The notes under the pieces were generated by a model. That model had not been told where the DNA came from and did no database searches. It worked only from the letters and a program-made list of their open reading frames with translations. The translations under genes and the position numbers were made by a program. From Chiloscyllium plagiosum (Eukaryota), in assembly GCF_004010195.1 (NCBI RefSeq), contig NC_057751.1, forward strand, positions 1,097,968 through 1,161,967: 64,000 nt of DNA, written 5' to 3'. Within the stretch, counting starts at the first letter, position 1. Every line of letters begins with the position of its first letter. Shown here piece after piece: positions 51,389-62,699 of the stretch.

Positions 51389-52056
51389 GTAGGCTTCAGA
51401 TTCAATTTTGTTCTCAGATTTCTCAATTCGAGGTTGAATTCACCACTTGTCAAGTTGGAGGGAATGCTGACAGCCGATTTGTAATGAGTGGGAAGTGTGA
51501 GAGTATTGCCAGCATTATGAAGCAGCAGCAATATCTGAAACCCAGCCTCTTCTTGTTCGGGAAGCCGAATATTGACCATATGTTCAATGGTCAGTCTCAG
51601 AGAAAGGTAACCAAGTTTGTGATGAAGATCAGCACAGTTCGTCAACAGTATACGGTCGTGTACTAACACACATCAAATCTTGGGTACCTTATCCTCCTTC
51701 GGTCACTCACCTCAATTCAATCTCACGCCCACAGGATGTTTTCCAATCCTTCAATGGCTTCACTCCTTGCTGTCTCTCCAACCTCCTCTTGCCTGACAAC
51801 TCTCCAACTTTTTAATGCCCCTCCAGACCTGTTGAAATCTGCGCTACCAGTTCACTCTCTGCCTTTGCTCGGGGCACCAAACCCTCTGTTTGACTGTTGT
51901 GCATGTTCACAGCTCTGTGTCACTCTCCCGACAGTGTTAACGCCACGTTTCCAGTGTCAATGTGTCAGATCCTGCTTGTGAATCATCACAAATCTCGACA
52001 AATATCCAGTGCTGTCTGTCCACCATCCCCCACTCATCCGTCAGACTGCTGAGTTG

Positions 52057-52660
52057 AGGCGTTGGGTGGTGAGAGAATGGCGGTGGAGGAGGCCCTGGAC
52101 CTGCATATCCTCAGCAGAGTGGGAGGGGGCAGTTGAAATGTTGGGCCACAGGGCGGTGGCATTGATTGGTGCGGGTGTCCCGGAGGTGTTCTCGAAAGCA
52201 CACTGCGAGGAGGCGTCCAGGCACCTGACGCCTGGAGGAAGAACGCCTCATCTTCCACCTTGGAACACTTCAACCCCAGGGCATCAATGTGGACTTCAAC
52301 AGTTTCCTCATTTTCCCTCCCCCCACCTTATCCCTGTTCCAATCTTCCAGCTCAGCACCGTCCTCATGACCCATCCTACCTGTCAATCTTCCTTCCCAAG
52401 TATCTGCTCCACCCTCCTCTCTGACCTGTCACCTTTATCCCCTTCCTCCATCCACCTATTGCACTCTCAGCTACCTTCTCCCCAGCCCCACCCTGCTCCC
52501 ATTTATCTCTCCACCCCCGAGGCTCCCAGCCTCATACCTGATGAAGGGCTTTTGCCTGAAACGTCGATTTTCCTGATCCTCAGATGCTGCCTGACCTGCT
52601 GTGCTTTTCCAGCATCACACTCTCAACTCTGATCTCCAGCATCTGCAGACCTCTCTGCCT
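52057..52660 (+). mobile_element. Penelope-like element 3' end (GIY-YIG C-terminus + hammerhead) with 5' inversion
   Basis: Minus 52057-52220 encodes RLLAVCFREHLRDTRTNQCHRPVAQHFNCPSHSAEDMQVQGL. Plus from ~52222 encodes RLEEERLIFHLGTLQPQGINVDF. Hammerhead CTGATGA 52538-52544 and GAAA 52558-52561. Confidence 0.88.
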
Positions 52661-53734
52661 TCAGATGCTGACCTGACCTATTGTGTATTTCAAGCAAATA
52701 CACAGTCGGTCAGGTCAGCATCTGTCAAATCAGGGACAGACTTTTAAAAAAAGTTCCACCTAAATCTTAAATAATAGATCACCTTTGAAATCTTTTCAGT
52801 GAGTGGAAATTCCTTTGGAAATATGGAAAAGATGTATTGGCTTCAAGAGGGACCTGGTTTCCAATTCATTGCATCAACTGAAGCAGATTGCCAATTGTAA
52901 CATAAACCGACTTCCCCCACCCCCAGGGATTATAATTCTGCAGCCGTTTCTTAAATCTGGCATCCTTGAGAATGGCGTCTTGTTGTAAAAGGAAATGAAA
53001 AGTGTTGTAATGCTGCAAGTGATATCAATGATTGACTCCTTCCTAATACCTGCTTCCCACGGATAATTCAGGATTTGTTCTGTTTGCTAGACAAACTCCA
53101 ACACTGAACACTCAAAGTCCTCCTTCCTGTTTGGAGCTTCCCACCACTGTGCAACCTTCCTTGATTGGAGAGCGACTTTCCAGGGGAATACCTCTGGCCA
53201 TCCAGCCAGCCCTACCTGTACCAGCTAGCTGTCAGAGCTGCCCAGTTAGCACTCCTGTCTCTGTTCTTTCCCTGTAATGGGAAAAACAAGAAATCATTTT
53301 CATGCCTCCTGGAAGGGATTATTGAATCTGCTTTCACTGTCCTTCTGGGCAGTGCATTCCAGGTCGCACTGTCTAAGTAAAATTCTCCTCAGCTGACCTT
53401 TGCTTTTTTTGGTAATGATCTTCAATCTGTGTCCCCCCCCCGGTTACTGACCTTGGTGCCACCAGAAATTTACTGAGTCAACATTTAATCCAGGGCCAGA
53501 ACAATTCCATCGCTTGGTTACAAGATCTCAATTACCAGGAGGTTTCTGGAGGCTGAGAATCTATCAGATTCGACAGCAAACTCAGTCACCATCACATTAA
53601 AATATGACCGTCATTGCAGCTTCAAGATTGGACCCTACCACAACTGAACACAAAACAACTCCGACCAGAGTCCGTCATTGCCTTTTCAACTGCTCTGACA
53701 GGAAATATCAGAGTCATTCAACACTAACATGGGC

Positions 53735-54062
53735 AGCACTGCTGCCTCACAGCGCCAGGGACCTGGGTTCGATTCCAGCTTCAGGCGACTTGTCTGTGTG
53801 GAGTTTGCACATTCTCCCCATGTCTGCGTGAGTTTCCTCTGGACACTCTGGCTTCCTCCCACAAACCAAAGATGTGCAGGTTAGGGTGAATTGGCCATGC
53901 TAAACTGCCCATAGTATTCAGGGATGTGTAGGTTAAGTGCATTAGTCAGAGGTATATGTAGAGTAATGGGGTTGGGGGAATGGGTCTGGGTGGGATGCTC
54001 TTCAGGTCAGTGTGGACTTATTGGGCCAAAATGCCTGATTCCACACTACAGGGGCTCTAATT
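53735..54062 (+). mobile_element. HE1-type SINE (5' clipped)
   Basis: GCACTGCTGCCTCACAGCGCCAGGGACCTGGGTTCGATTCC followed by the core and tail. Confidence 0.88.
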
Positions 54063-56469
54063 CTAAAAGAAATATATAGTCCAGAGGAAAGATTGTTAAT
54101 CAGAGGGAGAGAGGTGTGGACTCTGGTTTCACACTAACTGCTTGGGTTGAATAGTATAGGTGAGTTTAAAACAAAGTTGGATAAGCACATAACTGGGAGA
54201 AATGAACAGAGTCATTGGGATGTATAGCACAGAAACAGACCCTTCGGTCCAATTCTGACCAGATATTCTAAATGAACAGAGTCCCATTTGCCAGCACTTG
54301 TTGAATGGCCGGGATGGAGTTGGTACAAAGCTCATGTGAAGCATAAACATGGGCACCAGCGAATCACCCGTTTCAGTGTAATAATTTAATCTGTAAAACT
54401 AATTTGGACATTTTCAGTCGCAAGGATTAGAATCTGAGCAATTTTAATCTCACAGGTCAGTTAGGAAACTGGCAGAATCCAGTTGTTCATTTGATATGCA
54501 TTTTAAATTTCTGCTGAATTCATTGTTCCCCACAGACACTCATGACACATCCCAGCTCTCGAATTATCATGGAAATTGTCTTAAATAAACTGGTCACACT
54601 GTGATTTCATTCTCTACCAGTGGTGGCAGGGCAGCATCTCTCCAACAGCCACTTGTCAGTGCAGAACAAGTTGGCAAAGTCAGTGTTAACAGCAGCTTTG
54701 GGCAAACTGTTCAATGGATATGGGTTGCAGAGGATGGATAGGTACAGAAGATAGGGACAGAGTACAATAAGCAAACAGATTGATTTCCAATTCCGAATCA
54801 TTTCCAGCACCATCAGGCTGACACAGCATAACAACATTGCTCTGTCTCACAGTTAAATCAACAGGAACCTGCAGTACATGCTTCCTGGTGCTGTGTAAAT
54901 GTAAAAAACAGTCCAAAAACATGAAATGAGCAGAGTTGATGTCGACATTGGAGTATCGAAGGCTTTAGACTGAAAGGAGTTTGCAAATCCATAGAATGGC
55001 TTGACCTCAGATTCCTCACAGTCAGCAGACCCACAGACGCAGATTACTTTTCCTCACATGACTCCAGCCTTTGGTTTGAAATCACATGCTCAGAGAGTAT
55101 GATCCCATCTTGAATGATCTGTTCTTCCGGCTGGTTCGAAAATACAGATTTTCACGTGTCGCCCGGATTACTCAACAGATCCCCAGTTTTCCCACTGACT
55201 ACACTAGTTAATTTCACAAAGTGCAATGTTATGTGTGCAACAAGAGTTGATGCAGGAAACCAGCCCCAGAACCAGCCACTAATTTAAACAAGTCGTTTCC
55301 AATCTCATGTTGCAATCCATGTCATTTCACAAAACCTTGCAAACACATTTTCAGTAAAGACAATGCTGATTTACTGTGCGCCCATCATTACCCTCAGATT
55401 AAAAAGAATACATCATTAAAAGTAATGCAGAGGTAACATTTTTCAGAAGTTGCATTCCTTCCGATGCACGCAGGAACTGGGAGAAAGTGGGGCGCTTCTC
55501 TTGAGAACAGAGAAGGTGCAGGCCAAATGGAACAGCAGCAGTGCTCCAAGTTATGAAAGTCCTTGATGGGATCAAACTGTTACCATAGTGGGAGGGCCTA
55601 AAACCATACAATGCAGACTTGGGGTAACAGGCCATGGACCTGTGCGTGTTTAAAGGATATACCTGGGATCCATCAGCAAATGTCAAATTTGTTTCAAGTT
55701 GGGTGGGACATTGTTACCAATTTGCAGAATCAAAGGGGTGATAGATAGGAGGTAGATATCTAATAAACTGCCCATTCTTAGCCTCATGTTAACAGCTGGT
55801 TTTAACTTACTGCAGACTGCAGAAAAAAGTAGGTGCTCCCCAATTCCATAGCGTTGTGTTTGATTGCATCACTTCAGTGGGAGAGGGGTGACATTTGTTC
55901 AAAATCCCACACTGTCTCATTTCCCCAACCACGCCTCACCATAAAGTACCAGCCTGACATCATTCACTTCAACGAGAATCAAAACCACTGGAATTACTCA
56001 GCAGGTCAGGCAATGTCTGGTAGATGGAGAAAACAGTTATGGATGCAGGCCTTTCCCTCGTAACCCCAGTAATTTTCTGCTGTCTTTTCATATTCCACAG
56101 GATAATCATTTTGTTTAATTGATTGATTTGCTTAAAACAAATTTCGGTGCAGAATAAATGCGTTGCTTGGAATAGGAACAGCATTTTTTTAACAACAAAG
56201 TTTCAGAAATGATACATCTCCTGGGAGAATGGAACTGTTGGGATGGTGGCTAGGCTGCGAATTTCAAACCTCAGGACTGAAACCCCTCTGTCCCATTTAT
56301 TTCTGTGATATTTCATCCCAACCTAAGAGTGAAATCCAATTCAGAGAATTTGCTGTTGCATCACTTTGCTTTCTGCCCACCAGGTGGTGCTCTTCTCCCA
56401 GCCAAATTATTCCTTCAAAGCTGCTCGATGTTATCTGCAGCACAGTGTCAGGCTGTTCGGCCCTACCAG

Positions 56470-57240
56470 TCCATACTGGCATTTAATCTGCATGGGAGCC
56501 TCTTCCTAACCCTCACCACCTCATTCAGCAAAACCTGTCTCCTCTCTTCCTCGTGTGCTCACCTTACCTCCCCTCCACACAATCCCGTGTCCACACACAG
56601 TCAGCAGTTGGGAGGTTCACTTTCTTGTCACTCTCTGCGTACAGAGATGTTTCTCCTGAATTCCCCAAGGGCTTCAGTACTGAGCTCCAATAGTTATGGC
56701 TTCTGCTCTTCCCCACCAGAGGAAGCATTTTCTCTGCCCCAACCTTTAATATTTTGAACAACCTTTGGTTGAGTTAACTCTCAGCTTGCTGCAATTAAGA
56801 CAAGAGAGAACCACCCAACCATGGGCATTTTCCCCTGAGCCTCTGGCAACCTTTCTGATGTCAACCACGTCAGTCTCTCGCTGCAGGTTTTTCAGTCCTC
56901 TGGATCTTCCCCACATCATTGTGATCAGAGCTGCCCAGAGTCCTCCCAGTGGGTCTAACCAAGGTCCAGTATGGTTTTAGGATAGATCACCTCTGTATTT
57001 TTCAATTCTATTTCTCTGGAAGTAGACCTGACTGCATGGTTTGCTTTTTGTCAGCCTTTAGAAATCTGTGGCGTGACTTTTAGCCATTTGTACATTCACA
57101 TTCTCAGGTTCATTTGCTCCCTCTACAAACACTGACTTCAGCTTTTCCAAGTAATATGTTGCTCATTTATTTTTAACAAAATGTAAGTTTTCACATTTAG
57201 CTGCGTTGAAATTCCACTTCATTGTCCATCTTACTTGCTG
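56470..57240 (-). mobile_element. Strongly decayed CR1 LINE
   Basis: FKILK..EKMLPLVG and LVRPTGR-like motifs on the minus strand. Confidence 0.55.
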
Positions 57241-57479
57241 TGTAGATTGAAAGACTGTCTCCTCTCAAACTCCCCCATTTCCTCCTTCTTGATGTCACAG
57301 CTTTTCCCTTCCAATCTGTGACAACTTTTCATTCAGATTCAAATTATATCATGACATTAGATAGGCCAAACAAATTCACAGGATCCCCAAACTCCTTACA
57401 GGCTGCAACAAGAAAGGATAGAGGTGGGAGCCTGGTGTTTCTGACCCTTGTTCAAGTTCAGGCACCAAAAACATACTTC

Positions 57480-57830
57480 ACAGCCAATGACCCGCCTTAA
57501 CTACAGCCACTGCTGTAATGGTGGGAATGCAGCAGCCAATTTAGACACAGCAAGTTCCCACAAACAACATGAAAATGACCAGACCATCCACTCTCCTTTC
57601 ATTTCCTGATGTCGATCGAGAGGCATTTAGCCCAGGACACCACCTGCCCTTCTTTCAACGGTGCTGCGGGATCGTTCATGTACCACTTCAGAAGGTTTGT
57701 AACATCTGAACCATGGCATCACCGACAGTGCTGCACTTGCACTGCGCTGCACTGTGAGAGTCAGCTGGAGGATTCTGTGCTCAGTGACTTCAGTGGGGCT
57801 AGAATCCAGGGACTGCTGACCCAGGGACAA
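57480..57830 (-). mobile_element. Deu-domain-like SINE remnant
   Basis: GCAGCCAATTTAGACACAGCAAGTTCCCACAAAC..GACCAGA..CAGGACAC..CCGACAGTGCTGCACT. Confidence 0.65.
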
Positions 57831-57976
57831 GTGATGGGTGACCCCCCCCCCCCCCCCCCAGAGTCAACGTTGGCACCGTGAAGGGAGGGGCAGCTGGGCG
57901 TGGGGAGGGGCAGGCGGCTCAGTTTGAAGAATTCATGAGAAGCAGCCATCAGAATATAAATATAATTAGGTTCTCA

Positions 57977-57982
57977 TTTAAT
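57977..57982 (-). promoter_or_regulatory. Candidate polyadenylation signal (ATTAAA) of znf703
   Basis: First AWTAAA I found on the minus strand after the stop, ending a U-rich ~400-nt 3'UTR. A longer UTR is possible. Confidence 0.3.
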
Positions 57983-58389
57983 AACAAAATAAGACCTCCC
58001 ATTTCTTGGATAGCCCTGCCATCATATGTGTATCCCATTTGGAGTACAATACAAAAAAATATTACATCTCCATTGGTTAAAAATAAGCAAAAATCTCAAA
58101 TGAGAGCAGAATGAGGGATTACCAAAAACATGCATATCAACTCCCCCCCCCTTTCCCACCCCCCTCAAGAAACAAACAAAAAGAGAATGAAAAATATTTT
58201 TAAATAAGACCATTTGAAGAAACTTGTTGCAAAAAAAAAAGAATTGTTTGGTATATACATTGCATTCTACATTAGATAAGGAGGTGAGGCTGTGAGATCT
58301 GACAGTCCCCTGTTTGAAGTTAATGCATACAGGTAATAAATACATCACCCTCCCCGACTGCCTCAGGCATTACGCTCCAAAGTCTTGGG

Positions 58390-59739
58390 TCACTGATATC
58401 CCAAAGCTGAAGCAGATGCCAGTCGCTGTCCATAGAGGGAGTATGGAGAGTAATAGGGGCTGGCAGCAGACATGGTCAGGGCAGAGCTGGTAGGCACTGA
58501 CAGGTGGCTTTTGCTGTAAGGGTGGTACCTGCTGAGTGCCAGGGTGTGGGGGCTGCGGAGAGACAAGCCGTTGGGACTCCCCGGAGGAGCCTGGGGGAGG
58601 TGTAAGTTGCAGGAGGCTGGGGGAGGGTAAGCAGCCAGCAGCTTGTCGGTCCCTGGCAGGGCGGTGTGGCTACGTAGGTGGTTGAGGAGTTCCTCGGAGC
58701 TGGAGAAGCGTTTGTCACAAGGACCGCCGGCAGACACCCAGTTGCATATGTGAGGCAGTGGCTCGCTGTGCAGCATGAAGCCGTAGGTGTACAACGGGTG
58801 GGCACCCAAGGGTGGTGTGGTTCCAGTGGTCAGGACCGAAGAGTGCAGAGGGTGAGACGGATAGACCAGAGGGTATGCAGACTTCAGAGAGGAGGGGTCG
58901 TGGAGGCAGGAGGAACAAGCACTGCCCCCGAGGTGAGGAGCATTGTGGTAGGTGAGGCAGTACGGGTCACGGCACAGTCCTTGCATGAAAGCGGGAGGAG
59001 AGGCCCCGGTCAGGGGGCTGGAGTTGGCAGACTTGCTGGGCATCGGGCAGCCCACGGCTCCAGACAACGGGCTCCCGACCAGGCCGGGCTTGGGCTCCAT
59101 GGTGCTGACAAACTGCGACGGGTAGGTGGCGGTGTAGGCTCCCACAATCGATCCGTGGTATCCCATGCTAGTTGGGGGCAGGCCAGGGTAGACCGCGTGC
59201 CCCGCTTTGTACGGCGAAACAGGTGCCACGTGTCCCGGAGCCAGACTGGCACTGTCGCACTTGGTCGCAGTCGGCGTGTCCCGGTGTTGGCTCGGTTCAC
59301 TGGCACCACCACCACCACTGGCTGACCTGCTGTGCACTGGGTTGGCGGGCGAGTGCTCTGGGCAGGCTCGGACCACCTCGGGCTCCTTCTTGTCCTCCAC
59401 GTCGCTGGTCTTGGCGTCGGCCATGCTCGGGGAGCAGACGGCGGGTGAGGAGGAGGGTGGGCGGGCGGTGAAACTTTGGCAAGACACGGCCGGGACCCGG
59501 AACCCAGCCTTCTCCCCGGACTCCTTCCTGGTGTCGCCGCCTGGTTTGGAATAAGGCTTGAAGCTGGATTTGTCTTCACTGGGTGCCTCGCCCAGTTTGA
59601 GGGAGGATGAGGGCCTGGTACATTCCTTCTCACCGGAGCTCAGCGCTGAGCTGAGCTTGGCTGATGGCTGAGGGTCAGGCTTGCCAATCTGAGAGCACGT
59701 CTGAGCTAACAGAGCCAGCGGACTTTTCTTGGCATCCAA
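58390..59739 (-). CDS. znf703: Zinc finger protein 703, coding exon 2 (449 codons + stop)
   Basis: (TC)n tract and TAG acceptor at 59740-59742, then LDAKKSPLALLAQTCSQIGKPD (Sp motif), FKPY motif, CRDPYC (Btd box), C2H2 finger CNWVSAGGPCDKRFSSSEELLNHLRSH, RYHPY and YGQRLASASALGYQ*. The residues MLSAH, GYHGSIVGAY, QGLCRDPYC, LYTYGFML and QRLASAS fit ZNF703 rather than ZNF503 (recalled paralog sequences). Confidence 0.95.
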   Translation of the reverse strand: MDAKKSPLALLAQTCSQIGKPDPQPSAKLSSALSSGEKECTRPSSSLKLGEAPSEDKSSFKPYSKPGGDTRKESGEKAGFRVPAVSCQSFTARPPSSSPAVCSPSMADAKTSDVEDKKEPEVVRACPEHSPANPVHSRSASGGGGASEPSQHRDTPTATKCDSASLAPGHVAPVSPYKAGHAVYPGLPPTSMGYHGSIVGAYTATYPSQFVSTMEPKPGLVGSPLSGAVGCPMPSKSANSSPLTGASPPAFMQGLCRDPYCLTYHNAPHLGGSACSSCLHDPSSLKSAYPLVYPSHPLHSSVLTTGTTPPLGAHPLYTYGFMLHSEPLPHICNWVSAGGPCDKRFSSSEELLNHLRSHTALPGTDKLLAAYPPPASCNLHLPQAPPGSPNGLSLRSPHTLALSRYHPYSKSHLSVPTSSALTMSAASPYYSPYSLYGQRLASASALGYQ

Positions 59740-60796
59740 CTAGAGAGAGAGAGAGAGAAACAAAAGGTGCTGAATGGGGGGAGATGAAAGCACTGCGTGG
59801 ATTTACAAGCAGGGGTCGACTGTCACCAGTAAATGGAATGGGACCATTCCCTGCACAGAGACAGACAGAGAGAAGGGGAGAGGGGGTGGAACGTGGACTT
59901 GATCAAAACGGGGAGTGGTTGCAGTGAATGGGAGGGACACAGGTCTGTCTGTTTAAGGGGTGGGGTGGATGGGCAGATAAACATGACAGAACCCAGGAGC
60001 TGGGAGGGAGGAGGAGCCACACAGATGCTGACACGGGCCGGTGGGCCGAATGGCCCGTTTCTGTGCTGTTCCGGGATGAAGCGGGGGGGGGGGCAGTGAG
60101 CTTTCCCAGCGGTTTTTGGTATGGGGCTGAGAGCTGGTGGGTAGACCTCAGGGCAGCCTTTGCCCCGGGAAGGAGGTAGGGCGGGGGAATCACTCAGCAT
60201 CAAGTTTCCGAACAGTGACAGGGCAGCCGGGGGGGGGGGGCAGCTGATTCTCCCCCGGAGCCCGGGGGCTGGACAGGGAGGTGTTGCCCCTGCAGTCGGT
60301 CAGTACAACACGGAGGGGGGCAGCGTGCAGGCTGCAAGGAACTGGAAACTGCAGACACTGTGGGAACAAACTCTCAGAGATCGCCTCACCCCCAACCCTC
60401 TGTGTGTGTGTGTGTGTATGTGGGTGGGTGGGTGGGGAGAGACAGGAATGACAGGATAAATGACCCAAACTGTCCCTCTCGGTGCAGACCCAATCCCTGT
60501 GGGTTAATGTGATGTTTCAGGGAGTTGTGGACACACACATACACACACACACACACACAGACACAGCCAGTCCCTGTCCCACCCAGACCCCAACACAGTG
60601 GGTTAATGTGATGTTTCAGGGAGTTGGGTGGACAGTATACAGAGACACAGAGAGACAGAGCCAGTCCCTGTCCCAGCCCAGCCCAGCCCAGTGTAAACAG
60701 CCCCCTGTGTGTGTCTGTCTGTCTCTCTCTTTCTCTGTGTGTGTGTGTGTGTGTGTGTGGGGTGTATCTCTCCCCCGGACCCAGTGAGTTACTCAC
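59740..60796 (-). other. znf703: Single GT-AG intron of znf703 (1057 bp)
   Basis: GTGAGT donor and pyrimidine tract + TAG acceptor. Phase 0 joins SPIE to LDAKK, restoring the conserved SPIELDAKKSPLALLAQTC. Confidence 0.93.
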
Positions 60797-61006
60797 TTCG
60801 ATAGGACTGTGCGGAGTTGACGACATGGGCTGCAGGTATTCCGGGTGGAAGATGTGACCGCTGTGAGCACTCAACATCTTTAGGATCTTGATGGGGATCC
60901 GCTTGGCCTGCCTGGCGGGATCTGACGGTCCCAGGAACCGCCCTGGCCGCTGCTCCCTCTCGCTGCTCTCTCTGTTCTCCGGAGATCCGCAGAGAGCTTG
61001 GCTCAT
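60797..61006 (-). CDS. znf703: Zinc finger protein 703 (NET/Nlz1 family), coding exon 1 (70 codons)
   Basis: ATG at 61006 (context GACATGA). Translation MSQ...PSDPARQAKRIPIKILKMLSAHSGHIFHPEYLQPMSSTPHSPIE matches the conserved NET N-terminus. Ends at phase-0 donor GAA|GTGAGT (intron starts 60796). Confidence 0.93.
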
Positions 61007-61700
61007 GTCCCGCCAGGAGGCTGGCTGGGTTTGGGGCAGGAGGGAGGGAGGGAGGGAGGGAGGGGTGGGGAACAGGGGGGAAAGGATGGGGTGGGGAGGA
61101 GGGGAGGGGGGGGGGGAAAAGAGGTGGAAAAGCCTTTCACATTGCGAGAGCTGCCCCCCAGCTCGGTCCCAGCAGCATTATCCCTGAGTCTGATCTCCAA
61201 ACACTCAGTACACAGTCCCAGGGTCCAGCAACTCGCTAGCTTTGCTAGCGCTACAGCTCACCAACACACACACACCGGCCTCCAGACTGAATGGCAGCTC
61301 CTGGCTCCCTGTGCCCGCCTCCTGATCCTGCACTCCACCCCCCCCCCCCCCACACACACACACACACACACACACCATCCTGATATTTAAAGTGACAGCA
61401 CACGGGCGAACCTTCAGAGGGCGTTTCACACACAGCCCTGAGCACACTGTCACATCTTTGCAGACACTGAAGAAACATCGAGCCTGCGACAGTCCTTTCC
61501 CAAACCCTGGCCCGAACGGGGCTAACTGGCAGCGAGCCAGCTGGGGAGAGGAGCTTTCCTTCCAGCACCGGATGAGCTGAGCTGAGCTCACAACCCCCCC
61601 CCCCCCACCACCCCCGAGACAGACTTTTCCCTCGTTACACCAACCCCCAAATGCCTCTATCCTTGACTCCCCCTCCCTTGTGGGACCGTGAGCAAAGCCC
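61007..61700 (-). promoter_or_regulatory. Putative znf703 5'UTR/promoter region
   Basis: GC- and CpG-richer, TE-free sequence immediately upstream of the ATG. TATA-like TTTAAATA on the minus strand near 61384-61391. The TSS cannot be determined from sequence. Confidence 0.45.
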
Positions 61701-62699
61701 CCTGCTCCCAGTGACCATGCAGTGTTCCCAATAACTCACTGTGTTTGTGTGAAAGTGTGTTGTGTATGGCTATCTGGATGTATCTGTGTACATGTGTGTG
61801 TATATGTGTGTGAGTGTCTGGGTGTATTTGATTGTGGATGACAGTGTGTGAACATCAGTGAGTGGGACACTACTTTTGTGCAATCTGTCTGTGTACGTGT
61901 GTGTTACTCCCAAGCGTGTACATTTCTGTGTCCATGAATGTGTTAGTATGCTTGTGCAAGCATTTATAAACACCTTGGGTGCAAAGCAGTTGCAGTTGTT
62001 TGGGGGTGGAGAAAGAAGGATGTAAAGTTAATGACACAGAAATGTGTAACAGTAAGGTTTCCAATCTGTCAAGAGACAGGTCACTGAAGCAAGAGATGTA
62101 TAGAACTGATCTCCTCACTCAGTGTAAAACTAAAAATCTCCAATCATTTGCTTTTTTTCAATTGAAAGGAAGACACATTAAATACCATTAGTCACAAAAA
62201 CTGCGACAATCTTTCTATTTCCCCCTCTTAAGTATTCCTGAGCGTTTTAAAATAGACACATAAATCATTCTCTGGAGGTTTGCTCTGTCACCACAGTCAC
62301 ATCGAGTTACGTGTTCCTCATAGTCTCTGCAATCACCGATTACAGACCCCAACAAAGATTCCAGTACCTAATGAAACCTGACAGATACTTTTTAACAGGA
62401 AAATGTTCATGGAACTGTCTGAAGTGTGTCACACGGGAGCAATGGAGAGATTTTGATGGATGTGGTTAGGAAAACAAATTCTGAAATAAAGCTGCCAGTC
62501 ATTCCACAAAACTAACATTTTAGTTCAGCTGCTGAAGTATGCTTTCAGTCAATCCTAAGCACCTTTCGATAACTTTCAGAGAACATTACATTTTTCAGTG
62601 TTCAGTTACGCTGGGAATAATTAATTTTGTTCTTGCGTGCATGAGTGTAGCTCCAACAACACTCGAAAAGCTCAAAACAAGTCAGAACAAACCAGCCAC

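Noticed and set aside
50845..51669. 274-aa and 256-aa ORFs with 11-aa repeats (also 11816-12267)
   Set aside because: They are products of a 33-bp (11-codon) stop-free minisatellite that is open on both strands.
58476..59633. Alternative-frame and antisense ORFs (109-215 aa) over znf703 exon 2
   Set aside because: Expected shadows of a GC-rich exon, with no recognisable motifs.
59737..59739. TTG as start codon of a 449-aa single-exon protein
   Set aside because: It is the Leu codon immediately after the splice acceptor.
60386..60796. C-terminal part of the 206-aa ORF
   Set aside because: Read-through into the intron and microsatellites beyond the GTGAGT donor.
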